Positions 41,457 through 53,912 of a stretch of 64,000 bases of DNA are shown one piece after another. The notes under the pieces were generated by a model. It worked only from the letters and a program-made list of their open reading frames with translations, was not told the origin of the DNA and ran no database searches. The stretch comes from Eledone cirrhosa (taxonomy: Eukaryota): contig OZ024742.1 in NCBI GenBank assembly GCA_964016885.1, positions 92,442,001-92,506,000 on the forward strand, in the 5' to 3' direction. Numbering within the stretch: position 1 is the first letter of the stretch; every line of letters begins with the position of its first letter. The translations under genes and the position numbers were made by a program.

Positions 41457-42185
41457 ATATCTTTTAACTATCTATTTTTTAATCATTTGTCCATCCTTCA
41501 AACATCTATCTATTTAGCTCGCTATGTCTAACCTTTTATTATGAATTCGTCTTTCTATTAAGCTAAAATCTCTCTCTCTCTCTCTCACACACACATACAC
41601 ACACTTTCTCCCCCTCTCTCTCTCTAGTTATGTATCTACCTATATACCCGCCTACAAATCGATCTATCTATGTTTCTATCTATGTTTCTATCTGTCTCTA
41701 TCTATTTTAGCTCACTGTATCTATATAACTACCAACTTTCTATTTGTTTACCCAGTAATATATCGAGATACTGATCTATATCTAGGTAAGTCTCTCCCTT
41801 TTTGCTATTCTATTTATCTACCTACCTATTTATCTAGCTATGTATCTATCTATTAGTCTACCCACTTATCTGGCTACCAGTCACTTTGCTCACCTCTATT
41901 TATCTTCCAACCTATCTATCTAGTAAACTACACACACAATATCCTTTTAGTATATATATATATATATGTGTGAATGAAGTAATTCCATCGGAAAAGTCCA
42001 GGAAAAAAGAGTGCTCTATGTAAGCAACAGAGCTTAATTATTATTATTATGTAATAAACAACATAAGGCAATTATTCCATTTACCAGTGGTTTCTTAAAA
42101 GCAAAAGGTTTTGCTTTCAATCCTCAGAGTGTGTGTGTGTGTATATATATACACACTAGCTTGCACACACACACACACGTATATA

Positions 42186-42207
42186 TCTATATATCTAAAA
42201 CAGAGAA

Positions 42208-42240
<33 letters not shown>

Positions 42241-42799
42241 GATCCCTAAAACTCGAGAACCACCCAACCGATTGTTTTCAATATTACACATATAATACTT
42301 ATGGTTCTGTGAGTGTTTTGAGCAAACATTTCAAATGTTCAATGCCCTAGGGACCGCATTACGCGATTTAGCGATCCCTCTCTATATATATAATTCTTAG
42401 TCTTTCTTTTTAGATAGATACACAGATATAACGTTGCGCCCTTATAATATCTGTCTGTATGTCTGGCTGTCTGCATTACGACGCTATATGTGTGTGTGCG
42501 TGTATATATATATAGTGTGTAACGTTTTTCTAAATATTTACTTCTGCGTTCGCAGATTGATTTATTTAGTTTCAGAAGATCCCGTTAAGAGTGAAAGCAG
42601 CGATTCTTTGCTTAAACTTTAATCTGTTATTTTAATATATATATATATAATTATATATTCGTGTACAGATATTATTGCAAACACAATAACAAAATATAAA
42701 CAAACGTATTTATTTCACGAGGCTCGATAAGGATAAATATATATCAAATATATAAGAACCCTAGAGCAAATCCCGAGCAACGCCGGGCCATTCTGCTAG
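42186..42799 (+). mobile_element. Non-autonomous Helitron containing a P2 fragment
   Basis: 5' TCTATATATCTAAAAC and (CTGT)n; 3' CCCGAGCAACGCCGGG hairpin and CTAG|T. Confidence 0.65.
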
Positions 42800-42800
42800 T

Positions 42801-43245
42801 ATATATATAAAGTTGTAGTTCCTGTCTGTTTGTTTGTTCACGAACTCCTTATATATATATTCTAAAACTACATTTCCCAGGGTACTTGGATAAGTATATT
42901 TCATTTTAATCAAAAGGTTCCCCGGGGGCACAAACCCCCGCTAAAAAATGTTTCCTTTTGATTTATATGAAATGTAAACCATAGGTAAATGACAAGATAT
43001 GATGCATATTCACAAAAGTTTTGAATTGATATTTTGAAAAATATTATTCACAAGAAACAAAATAAGAATAAGATTTAATAATAAAATTTTGATTTGATAT
43101 ATTACGAAAATAATGTTTTCCAATTTTTCATGTATTACATTTTACATTGAGTAATATTGAAATGCAGAGTTTTTCTCCATAAATTATATCTTTGATTTAA
43201 AATCAATCATCATTTTCTTACAAAAAAATGTGTGAATTCGGCTAG
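42801..43245 (+). mobile_element. Second tandem Helitron-like element
   Basis: Shares TTTAATCAAA.GGTTCCCCGGGGGC.CAAACCCCC with 22450-22500; ends GCTAG|T. Confidence 0.5.
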
Positions 43246-43259
43246 TATATATATATATT

Positions 43260-43961
43260 TATTATAATGTTCGGTTTGTTTGTAAACAAACAGCCCGAAT
43301 TAAGCCGTACAGCGTTCACCCTTTTGTTCAACACTGACAAAGGAACGATGAACTATTTTCAAGCTTATTACAAACAAACCGAACATTATAATAAATGTTC
43401 GGTAAACCCATACGTACATATATATATATGTGTGCATGTATGTATATATATACATACTACTGTACGTCTGTATACATATATGTATGTACGTATACATACT
43501 TATATTTAAGTAACAGCCGTACTAAGAGTGGGAAATGAAATTTCATTTCATTCTTTTCCATTTATCGTTTTCGGTACGCCCGGCCGACTAACTCACTCGA
43601 TATGCAAATTAGGCTGCTCAGCCGTTAATATGCATAAGGAAAGTATATACTTTCAAACGTTCAATCATCTGACAGAAAGGTATACGATGCTGACGATAGC
43701 TAATAAGCTTGAAACTAGTTCATCGTTCCTTTGTCAGTGTTAAACAAAAGAGCGACGATGGTTGCCGAACACTGTACGGCTTAATTCGGGCTGTTTGTTT
43801 ACAAACAAACCGAACATTATAATAAATGTTCGGTAAACCCTATGTATATATATACATACTACTGTACGTCTGTATACATATATGTATGTACGCATACATA
43901 CTTATATTTAAGTATCAGCCGTACTAAGAGTGAGAAATAAAATTTCATTTCATTCTTTTCC

Positions 43962-44009
<48 letters not shown>

Positions 44010-44293
44010 GGAAAAAATGAAACGAAATTTCATTTCCCACTCTTAGTACGGCTGTTACTCAAATATAAGTATGTATACGTACATACATATATGTATACAG
44101 ACGTACAGTAGTATGTATATATATATACATACATGCACACATATATATATGTATGTTTGTTTACAAACACACCGAGCATTATAATAAATGTTCGGTGAAT
44201 CCATACGTACATATATATATGTGTGCATGTATGTATATATATATACATACTACTGTACGTCTGTATACATATGTGTATGTACGTGTACATACT

Positions 44294-44300
<7 letters not shown>
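43260..44300. mobile_element. Family P3: (TA)n-associated mosaic of direct and inverted copies with a hammerhead (Penelope-like terminal repeats)
   Basis: A unit of about 200 bp at 43367-43565 is repeated at 43800-43965, inverted at 44008-44150 and repeated again at 44160-44300; 43260-43368 is an inverted copy of about 43700-43825. Confidence 0.7.
43684..43726 (+). ncRNA. Minimal type I hammerhead ribozyme
   Basis: ACGATG-CTGACGA-TAGC taataa GCTT-GAAA-CTAG-TT-CATCGT: perfect 6-bp stem I, intact core, palindromic stem III. Confidence 0.82.
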
Positions 44301-44334
<34 letters not shown>

Positions 44335-44338
<4 letters not shown>

Positions 44339-45116
44339 CTCATAGAAAGGAAGTTTGTGCGTTGACCGCTAAAAACACTAAATAAAGTTAGTAATAATAA
44401 AGATTTTTCCGTGTGTGTTCAGCTTATATAACCTCAGACATGCTTGCAATTGACTTTCTCAACAATTTGAAACCATCCGGTATGCTGCCACACAACCTAA
44501 AATTGAAGAAGGGCCCAGTCATCATGCTTCTCAGAAACTTGGATCAGCCATGATTCTACAATTGGACGTGTATGGTCGTCACTGAACTACAGCCTCACAT
44601 TATCGAAGCCCAAATCCTCACTGAATGTCGTATGGGAGACATTGATTAATACCAACAGATGCCTCCTTTCGTTTCAAACAATTGCGATTGCCAGTGAGAG
44701 TCGGTTACGCAATGACCATTAACAAGTCACAAAGTCAAACACTGCAGGTTGTCGGTCATCATCTGGAACAGGGCTGTTTCTCACAAGTTCAATTGTATGA
44801 AGGTTGTTACAGAGTAGGAAACCCCAGCAAACTCTTCATATATGTTCCAAAGAAAAAAGTTGTATCCACATTGTATATACTGAAGTTCTGTAAATGTTTT
44901 ATAATTTTTGTAGAATACCTTTTTCTATTATTTTCTTTATTACTTTCTGTATTTAGTAATTCTAAATACATTTTTTTAATGTTTATGCAATATCTAAATA
45001 CCTTTTAACATCTTTTATTTTAAGGAAAATGGACATCAAAATAGATGCCAATAGCTGCCTTATGAATAGATTTGAGCACAATATAGACCAGAACGAAGGC
45101 CGGGAGGCGGCTACTA
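44335..45116 (+). mobile_element. Helitron remnant with a pseudogenised PIF1-like helicase C-terminus
   Basis: FLNNLKPSGMLPHNLKLK..IMLLRNLD..LPVRVGYAMTINKSQSQTL..CFSQVQLY..RV (SF1B helicase motifs V/VI) with stops and frameshifts; GC hairpin near 45090-45112. Confidence 0.85.
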
Positions 45117-45125
45117 TATATATAC

Positions 45126-45196
<71 letters not shown>

Positions 45197-45312
45197 GGAT
45201 TCGAGACTCCGACGCCTGAGCTATATATAAAGCACCAGGTGGTGCTAATAAGTTAAACATGACCTGGGCCAACACTGGCCGAAACCTATCAAAGTCCTTA
45301 ACGTTGTATATA

Positions 45313-45403
<91 letters not shown>

Positions 45404-45406
<3 letters not shown>

Positions 45407-48324
45407 CTTTATTTGCCACAAGGGCGCACAAGAAAAGGGGACAATACAAAGACATGCCGGGGATTTTACATACAGTCGTGTAAAAAATATACAATCGAAA
45501 TCCCCAATAGGGGGGGGGGGGCACAAATGGGTTGTTTAATACCCCGTCAATAGAACAACCCTCAACTCCAGGAGCGTGTTGTGCAAGTGCTCCTTTCTTC
45601 CTTTTGCTCTCTTCTTTAACCTACAGGCTTATAAACAGAGACGGCCCAATCACTAGGGCCATTTTCGCTTCATTCACCCACCTTTCAGTAAATTTACTGG
45701 GGTGCAGTGCCTCTCTCTCCACTCTGATTCTCCTTCTAAAGTGATACTTAAAGAAGGGAATCAATTGTTGTCCGGAGAGAAAAGCATCTGTCCTCAGTCC
45801 TTTCAATCTCGTCCACCATATAACTTCTTTCACCATAGCCACTGTACAGAGGAAAACCGCCTCTCTTTCGTGTTTGAAAGAGGCTGGCAGTTTGATCCTT
45901 ACTATGGACTCGGCAGTCAACTGGATTTGTCCCACACGCGACAGCAGTTGTTCTGCATAGTTCCACAGGTCGCTTACGCCCGGGCAGTGTACAATTGCGT
46001 GCAAGACGGTTTCAATGTCCTGCTCGCATCTTGGACACGTCCTCTTGGAAGGATCCCTGCCGGGGCGTCCGTGCCTGTAGATCTTATCTCGAACGGGTAG
46101 AGCTCCTCGGTAGCACTGCGAGACCAGGGACCTCTGGAAATTGTCCATAGGTCCCGGGCGGAAAGTCCTACCGAACAGACTGGTGAGCTCGTCGTCTTTG
46201 ACGCCTAGAGTCTCCCCGAGCACGTCGTCGCACTTGTAAAGTACTAACCCCCTATAGAATGTCGAAGTGGAGTCTACACTAATTGCTGTGCCCGCTTGAC
46301 AGAGGACTGTGAGCGCCTGGGCGCATTCAATGTGCAAGGCGCCCACCTTATTCGGTCTTTGCTTGACCCAGGACTGCAGCTCCGTCAGCGAGACAAGTTG
46401 TAGGAAGGCCTGTCTCACAAACGGTGCCCACACCGGTTGGTCGGTGAGGAATACCTGAAGATGCCGTAGCCTCAGCGCATCTTTGCGCATCATTAGCCAC
46501 GGAATGCCCAGCCCTCCGTTGGAAGTGTGTTGACAGCAGACGGATCTCCTCACCCGTGGAACCTGCTTCTTCCACAGGAACTGGAAGAGCATGCGTTCCA
46601 TCTTGGTGAGGTATTCACGGGGACAAGGCACGACAGTCAAGCGGTAGTAGATGACGGACGCTATGAAAGTGTTCGCCACCTCCGCTCGACTTTTCAAAGA
46701 CAGTTTGCACTCTGCCCACTTCTGGGTGAGCGCAAATACCTTGGCCATGACCTCGTTCTAGTTTTTCTCCACCTGGAGGTTTGGACCGAACCAGACCCCG
46801 AGCAATTTCACCGGTCCTTCCGTCCAGCGTCCGACAACGTTCCAAGTTGCAAACCGACAGACTTGTCCGGGTTCAGTTTTGCTCCTGTGAACCTTTCGTA
46901 TTCCTGTAGTAGGTTGCCGATTACCTCGATTTCCGAGGTTTTCGACACCATTACCGTCACGTCGTCGGCATAAGCCGACGCCGCTTTTCGCAGTCCCGGT
47001 TCTAAAGGGATGCCCTGCAAAAGCTCCAACTTCCGCAGTAGTGGCTCTAGAGTCAATACGTACAGAATGGAGGAGAGAGGGCATCCCTGTCGAATGGAAC
47101 GCGTGATTGCAAACCGCTCCGATAGGTAGCCGTTCACCTTGACCTACGAGCAGATGCTGGTGTGCATCGCCTTGATCCAGCCTCTGAAAACGGGACCGAA
47201 ACCGGCTGCCTTGAGAACCGCTTCCAAGTATCGACGGTCGACCTTATCGAATGCCTTAGACTGATCTAAATTGATCAGAGCCCCACCGAAACCGGGTTTA
47301 CACCCACCCTCTCTATGATGTATCGCATGAGGTGGAGGTTGTCGTGTATGGACCTGGTCGGGATTGCACACGTTTGTGCTTTCCCTACCAGGTTTTCGAC
47401 AAGCGCCAGCCTCGTTGCTAGCACCTTGGCCAAAATCTTTAACTCTGTGTTGGGCAGAGTTATGGGCCTGAAATTGTTTATTTCGTCCCCCTTGTGTTCG
47501 TCTTTCCTGATCAGCGTTACTACGCCCTTGCCTGCAGAACTGGGAATTGTCCCGTTCTGCTGCCAATTGCAGTAGACGGCTTCGAGGACGCCAGAGAACA
47601 AGTCTGGCATTCCTATGTAAAACTCATAGGGTAGACCATCTAGACCGGGTGATTTGCGTTTCCCGCAGCGGCCCAGAGCGTCCCGTATCTCAGTGGCTGT
47701 GATCGGTCTTTCGCAGAACTCGGCGTCCATGCTCGAGAGACGAGGTATAAACCAAAGTCCATTGCCCCGTTCGGTGCACCGTCGTTCTGCTCAAGCAGTC
47801 GCGCAAAGTGCCGCTGAAAGGCCGCGCACATCTGCCTGGCGTCAAGTAGCACGCGTCCGTTTTGGTCTTTCAAAGACCGAATCGTGGACGTGTTGTCACT
47901 TTTCGCTTCTGCCACTCGGGCCCAGCTAACAGCTTTTGCTCCCTCGTTTCCTAGAGCACGTGATTTACTTCTGACCACGCAGCCTTCGTGTTTCGCGTCG
48001 AAGAACTGGTTCAGTGCCGTTCTCGATGCTAGCGCTCTAGCTGCGTTGCCACTCCTAAGCGCCTCTTCTACTTTGGCTACTAGTTCTGTTTCTGATTTGT
48101 TTTTCTCTAAAGTTAATTCTCTGCTAAACCCTATCGATTCTATTCTAATTGCTCTCGAGAGAGAGGACCACCATCTATTGTTAACGATGGGTCCCGTCAA
48201 CTCTTGCTTAACTAATCTACTTATCCGTTCACTGTAGGCTTTTCGTGCCGACAGCGACACGTTCAGCTTCCAGTATCCGGGTCCTTGTCTATGTATTCTA
48301 TCACGGTTGACTATGCAGACGACT
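45404..48324 (-). mobile_element. Tx1/L1-clade element, copy 8 (subfamily C), longest copy (2.9 kb)
   Basis: Runs from GPGYWKLNVSL (just after the endonuclease domain) through KSPGLDG, NFRPITL, DQSKAFD, RQGCPLS, YADD and the zinc knuckle; 3' flank (GA)n, 5' flank (GATA)n at 48325-48378. Confidence 0.92.
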
Positions 48325-48330
48325 AGATAT

Positions 48331-48377
<47 letters not shown>

Positions 48378-48378
48378 T

Positions 48379-48697
48379 ATTTCTTTATTAGCCACAGGGG
48401 CACAAAAGAAGGGGACAAATACAAAGGGGGAAGTTTACATACAATAAAAACGTGTAAAATGTTATCACAGATGGAATTTAAAAGTTAGTCGATTTTCCCC
48501 AATAGAGGGAGACAGTTTATATGGGTAACACAGACCCCCGAAAAAAATGTGCAACCCTCATCTCCAGGAGTACGAAGAGCTTGTACTCCTTTCCTCTCCT
48601 CCTCCTTTTCCTCAACCTACAGGCTGATATAGAGAGAAGGCCCATTCACTCGGGCCATTCTCGCCACTTTCACCCACCTTTCATAAAACTTGCTGGG
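48379..48697 (-). mobile_element. Tx1-like 3' end, copy 9 (subfamily A)
   Basis: Matches 244-563; GATA tracts on both sides. Confidence 0.88.
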
Positions 48698-48732
<35 letters not shown>

Positions 48733-49355
48733 ATTTCTTTATTAGCCACAAGGGCACAAAAGAAGGGGACAAATACAAATGGGGAGTTTACATAGAGGTT
48801 TATGAAAATAAAACTATTAATAAAATAACAAATAACAATTGCAATCCCCAATAGGGGGGAGGCGTTACACAGGGGTTGTACACACCCCGAAAAAATGTAC
48901 AACCCTGATCTCCAGGAGCACCAAGAGTGAGTACTCCCTTCCTCTCTTCCTCTTTTTCCTCAACCTACAGGTTTATATAGAGAGAAGGCCCAACCACTCG
49001 GGCCATCTTTGTCACATTCACCCACCTTTTATAAAATTTGCTGGGGTACAGCACCTCTCTCTCCATCCTGATTCTTCTTCCAAAATGATATTTGAAAAAA
49101 CGAATCAGTTGCTCGCCGGAGAGAAAGGTGTCTGACCTCAGCCCTTTCAACCTTGTCCACCATATAACCTCTTTCACCATAGCTATAACAAATAGGAAAA
49201 ACCACCTCTCCCTCGTTTTTGAAGGAGGGTGGCGGTTTGATCATGACAATGGACTCGGTCGTCAACTGGATTGGTCCCACCCGCGATAATAGTCGTTCTA
49301 CTTAGCCCCACAGGTCGGTAACGCCCGGGCAGTGTACAAATGCGTGCGCGACGGT
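48733..49355 (-). mobile_element. Tx1-like 3' end, copy 10 (subfamily D)
   Basis: ORF2 C-terminus with a different 3'UTR; GATA tracts on both sides. Confidence 0.88.
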
Positions 49356-49361
49356 AGATAA

Positions 49362-49392
<31 letters not shown>

Positions 49393-49393
49393 T

Positions 49394-49476
49394 ATTTCTT
49401 TATTAGCCACAGGGGCACAAAAGAAGGGGACAAATACAAAGGGGGAAGTTTACATACAATAAAAACGTGTAAAATA
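49394..49476 (-). mobile_element. Tx1-like 3' tip, copy 11 (subfamily A)
   Basis: Matches the first approximately 80 bp of copies 1 and 9. Confidence 0.8.
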
Positions 49477-49997
49477 CCTATGTAACTACGTAAATATCTC
49501 TAAACTTATCAACTAATCTATATGTCCAGAACCATTCTATCTTCTACTCATCAGGCTGACAAATTTGTCACAAGACATTGACATAAATCATAATGGTATA
49601 AACAGCTGTCTTACATCGTCATTTCAGGATTGTTCTCCATTCCGACGCCACACTCACTTCTATTACCTCTTCTGCCGCCAATACTCTTACAGTCAACAGC
49701 TCCTGTCGTCTGCCAATATTAACTTCTCGTACGCTCTGCTTAGAAGTGTTGGCTGGCAGGCTGGTTGCTTTGGTTTTCGTTTACACACATCAGTTGTTTT
49801 TACAGTCACGCTACTACTCGGACACCTTCAATAGACATTCCGGAACTATACTGAGAAGGAGAATAAAGAAAACCAAACAAAACAAATATTGAAGAAGAAG
49901 AAAAAGCAATGATTTAAAGAACACGAAGACAGAAAAGAATGAATTAACAAACGGGTATCAAGATTGAAAGAATGACCCAAAGAAAGATGAGAACAAA

Positions 49998-49998
49998 G

Positions 49999-50089
<91 letters not shown>

Positions 50090-50120
50090 AAAAGGAAAGA
50101 AAAGAAGAAAGAAAAGAAAA
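49998..50120. repeat. (GAAA)n microsatellite
   Basis: Directly visible. Confidence 0.93.
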
Positions 50121-50306
50121 ACAATCATGGTTCAACAGCTGGAGAGATTCAGAAAAGCAGTTGTCACATCAATGTTAATCTGTGGAGCTGCGGTGGAGAG
50201 ATCCGATTTCGATGGTGGATTGTAAATCTATGATTTCACTAACGATTTGTTTACGTTCTTTCAGAAAAGATATATAAATTACACGAATTCCTTGCCCCCA
50301 CCTTCA

Positions 50307-50374
<68 letters not shown>

Positions 50375-50574
50375 CCCCCCCTCTCTCTCATCCTCTGTCT
50401 TACAACTTCTCACTCTCTGAAAATAGCAAAAGGATCCCAATAGGTTTAGATTCAAAACTGTGAAAAAATATTGAATACCGTAGTAGAGTAGAGTAATATT
50501 TATTCAAAGTTAGGCCTTTATGAATCGTAACTCGGAGTTTCTCCTTACCGATTGGCAATGGGTAACATGAGCAT

Positions 50575-50632
<58 letters not shown>

Positions 50633-50675
50633 TAGATTCATAAATAGATATTACACTATATATATATATATATAC

Positions 50676-50731
<56 letters not shown>

Positions 50732-50736
<5 letters not shown>

Positions 50737-50962
50737 GTTCCGATGCATCACTGATTCTTCGTTTTTCATATTATTCTACTCTGCTCCAAGTTGAGCACTC
50801 TATGCTCATTTGGAGCAGAGTATAATAATATGAAAAACGAAGAATCAGTGATGCATCGGAACACAATTTATTAACGTATTACAATTGCTGCCGGAGAAAC
50901 AATTGTAATACGTTAATAAATTGTGTTCCGATACATCACTGATTCTTCGTTTTTCATATTAT
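50732..50962. repeat. Zig-zag (A-A'-A) double fold-back in (TA)n
   Basis: TTGTGTTCCGAT.CATCACTGATTCTTCGTTTTTCATATT occurs forward, reversed and forward again; the second turn contains GAAA-CAATTG-TA. Confidence 0.85.
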
Positions 50963-50982
50963 ATATAAATATATATATATAT

Positions 50983-51244
50983 AAGGAAAAGAAGTCGAAA
51001 ATGTTACTGGAGTCTTTTTAAGAATATTTATTTGTTTCCTTTACCGGTTTCACAGTTCTTATACTTTCAAAAGTAGAATTGAGATGCGAGGGTTTATGGT
51101 TTTTCTCGCAGCAGAATCGAGAAAAACCATAAATCCTCGCATCTCAATTCTACTTTTGAAAAGCATAAGAACTGTGAAACCGGTAAAGGAAACAAATAAA
51201 TATTCTTAAAAAGACTCCAGTAACATTTTCGACTTCTTTTCCTT
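50983..51244. repeat. Near-perfect hairpin with arms of about 126 bp and a 9-nt loop
   Basis: 50983-51108 versus 51118-51244; each arm has a degenerate hammerhead (CTT-TTGAAAA-GCA..TGT-GAAA-CCGG-TA-AAG). Confidence 0.88.
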
Positions 51245-51304
51245 ATATTTTCACTCGTGTAGGACATCTCGTTTTTTTTTTCATTTAAAAAAAACCCTCA
51301 TTTT

Positions 51305-51374
<70 letters not shown>

Positions 51375-51401
51375 TGGTTACACAACAGTTAGTTTCCCAT
51401 A

Positions 51402-51441
51402 CCGAGAACAATTGTTTCACCTTCGCGGATCTTCAGCTCGG
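51402..51441 (-). ncRNA. Minimal type I hammerhead ribozyme
   Basis: Minus strand: CCGAG-CTGAAGA-TCC gcgaa GGT-GAAA-CAATTG-TT-CTCGG. Confidence 0.78.
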
Positions 51442-51950
51442 GATGTGTATGGTTATAGGAACAGGAAGGACAACCGTACGAACGCGCATGCGCAGAAACT
51501 AGGTCCCTTCACACAGGCAATACTAGACTGCGTGCGGGAGGTGTAAGGGAGATAACTGCGAAAGTCCAGAAAGTTTTTAGGTTGAAAATAAAATTAAAAA
51601 AATTAAAAATAAAATTACAAAGAATCAGTCCGGAACCTTGTAGTTATGCAATAGATGTTTGGTGACGTGTGGACAACGTGTGAAAAATTCACTCTCGTGT
51701 TTAGGCAATCACTATTGCGTAATCTCTTTAGGATAGTTATTCGTTCGTCAATACATAAGCCACACGTCGGATTTCCCCTTGCGCACTTCTCTCTCTCCGT
51801 TTTTTCTTTCTCTGCATCTTTTTCTAACTGTGCTTAACACTATAACTAATAAAATAATTATAAACATCTCACTATCCAGACAGCTTCCAAAAATAATGGT
51901 TGCATTTAATAGGGTACGTCAAAATTATTTATAAAACTGTTTATATATTG

Positions 51951-52015
51951 TATTTTGTCTGATGAAGGCATACCATATTTTAATTTGGTAGCCCTGAAAT
52001 ATGTATAATGAAATA
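51951..52015 (+). ncRNA. Type I hammerhead ribozyme
   Basis: TATTTTGT-CTGATGA-AGGC a TACCA...TGGTA GCCCT-GAAA-TATGTA-TA-ATGAAATA; 8-bp stem I with 2 G-U pairs; followed by AATAAA and (TA)n. Confidence 0.72.
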
Positions 52016-52056
52016 AATATGGTTTTATAAATATAGTTTCCATTTATTTAATATCT

Positions 52057-52199
<143 letters not shown>

Positions 52200-52204
52200 A
52201 ATCC

Positions 52205-52815
52205 GTGCAAAGGTACTCGAGAATTAGCACTTGACCTCAATGCATCCCAATCCACAATCTGCTGCCACTTGGAAAAATTAGGAAAAATTAGCAAGCTGGG
52301 CATTTGGGTTGGTCATATTATTAGTGAGATGAATAAGGAAGGTCTAATGTCCTTAGCGGTCTTCTTTCAGGGCATAGAAAAGATCCGTTTCTCAAGAATA
52401 TCATTACAGGTGATGAAAATGGGTCTTTATGACAATGTTCAACGCAAGAGACAGTGGATTGACAATGATAAATCTCCGCAGTCTACCCCAATGGCGGTTT
52501 TTCAGGGAAGGAAAGTTATACTGTGGGATCACCGCGGAATTATTCATTCTGAGTTTTTAAACTGCAATCAGACACTCAATGCAGACGTATACTCTAAACA
52601 GCTGCAACATGTGCATGAAAATCTAAGAAAACGTCAACATGAGAAACATTGTCCTTCTCCATGATTACGCAAAGCTGCATTCAGCAAGAATCACACAGGA
52701 AAAAATATTGTATTTAGGCTGGTCTGTTCTATCCCATCCACCACATTCACTAAACCTTCTCTACAAAATTCTCCGAATGGCAAAAGATCTTCTCAAGAAG
52801 ATCAGGTGAAAACTC
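52205..52815 (+). mobile_element. Mariner (DD34D) transposase pseudogene
   Basis: HLEKLGKISKLGIWV, ITGDEKW.FYDNVQRKRQW, WDHRGIIHSEFL, LLHDYAKLH and LSHPPHSLNL across frameshifts. Confidence 0.88.
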
Positions 52816-52927
52816 TGATTTTGTTCCAAGGTTTAAGACCCTCTTCCTGCTATATCAAGCGTTAACCTAATATATACCTTCCATATACTGTACCGATTGT
52901 GTTGTTATTTCCGTTTACCTTTTACAT

Positions 52928-52983
<56 letters not shown>

Positions 52984-53322
52984 CTCTAGCGTGGTCTCCT
53001 ACACGCCCTTCTTCTTTGTTTCACCTGTCATCTTTTCCTTGCAGACTCCATCCTCACTGCTTAACTCTCTTCCTTTAAGATCGATATCCAGTGATTTCGA
53101 GCTTGTTGTTTACAATTTGCACAACAAATTCATTTGTAGCACATGCATGGGATTAATTGTAAGGCAACATTCCCAGCTAGAACCCTAAGCTATGAAAACA
53201 GTGTAATTATTGTATTGGCAGATCAACATATTAAAACGTTAAAATCCAATTTCATCAATTGAAACAGCCATTATCCTCCTAATTTAGCACACAAAAATCC
53301 GCCGGAATACAAAATTCCACGC

Positions 53323-53372
<50 letters not shown>

Positions 53373-53420
53373 ATATGTATATTTAATATATGAATATATA
53401 TATATATATATAAATACTTT

Positions 53421-53628
53421 GGTAATAGGAAAAGAATCAGAACCCCAACGGCTGAGCTCCGGCCGTTTCGACAACTAGATCCGAAAATTCGTATGTAGCT
53501 GTCGAAACGGCCGGAGCTCAGCCGTCGGGGTCCTGACTCTTTTCCTATTACCCACTCTACTACCCTAAGTATCGAGTACTCTGGTGCGTTATGGTCCACC
53601 TGGTTTCTTACCACACCTTCTTTGTTAT
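53421..53628 (-). mobile_element. Family P1 fold-back copy with an 11-bp flanking direct repeat
   Basis: Inverted 5' part; ATACTTTGGTA at 53414-53424 and 53629-53639. Confidence 0.72.
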
Positions 53629-53697
53629 ATACTTTGGTAGAAATCCGTAGATGAATGATCTAGGAAAACTGTTCGATCCGTTGGAAGAGAGCTTATT

Positions 53698-53912
53698 TAG
53701 TGTAAACAACGCTTCATACACTTAACATGTGCTACCAATGTTTTCGGGGTTCAGCATGACCACCACCCTATAATGGAGGATACACTTTGAAACTGGCCCT
53801 TCATTCAGGCACGTGGACAAAAAAGTGCCTCCTCCATTATACTGCGGTGGCCATGGTTGGACTCCGAAACCATTGGTAGCGCATACATGTTAAGTGTATG
53901 AAACTGTGTTTA

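Noticed and set aside
34238-41531. ORFs of 1300-2300 aa and a CRISPR-like regular array
   Set aside because: Stop-free translation of a 26-bp minisatellite in all six frames; no unique spacers and no cas genes
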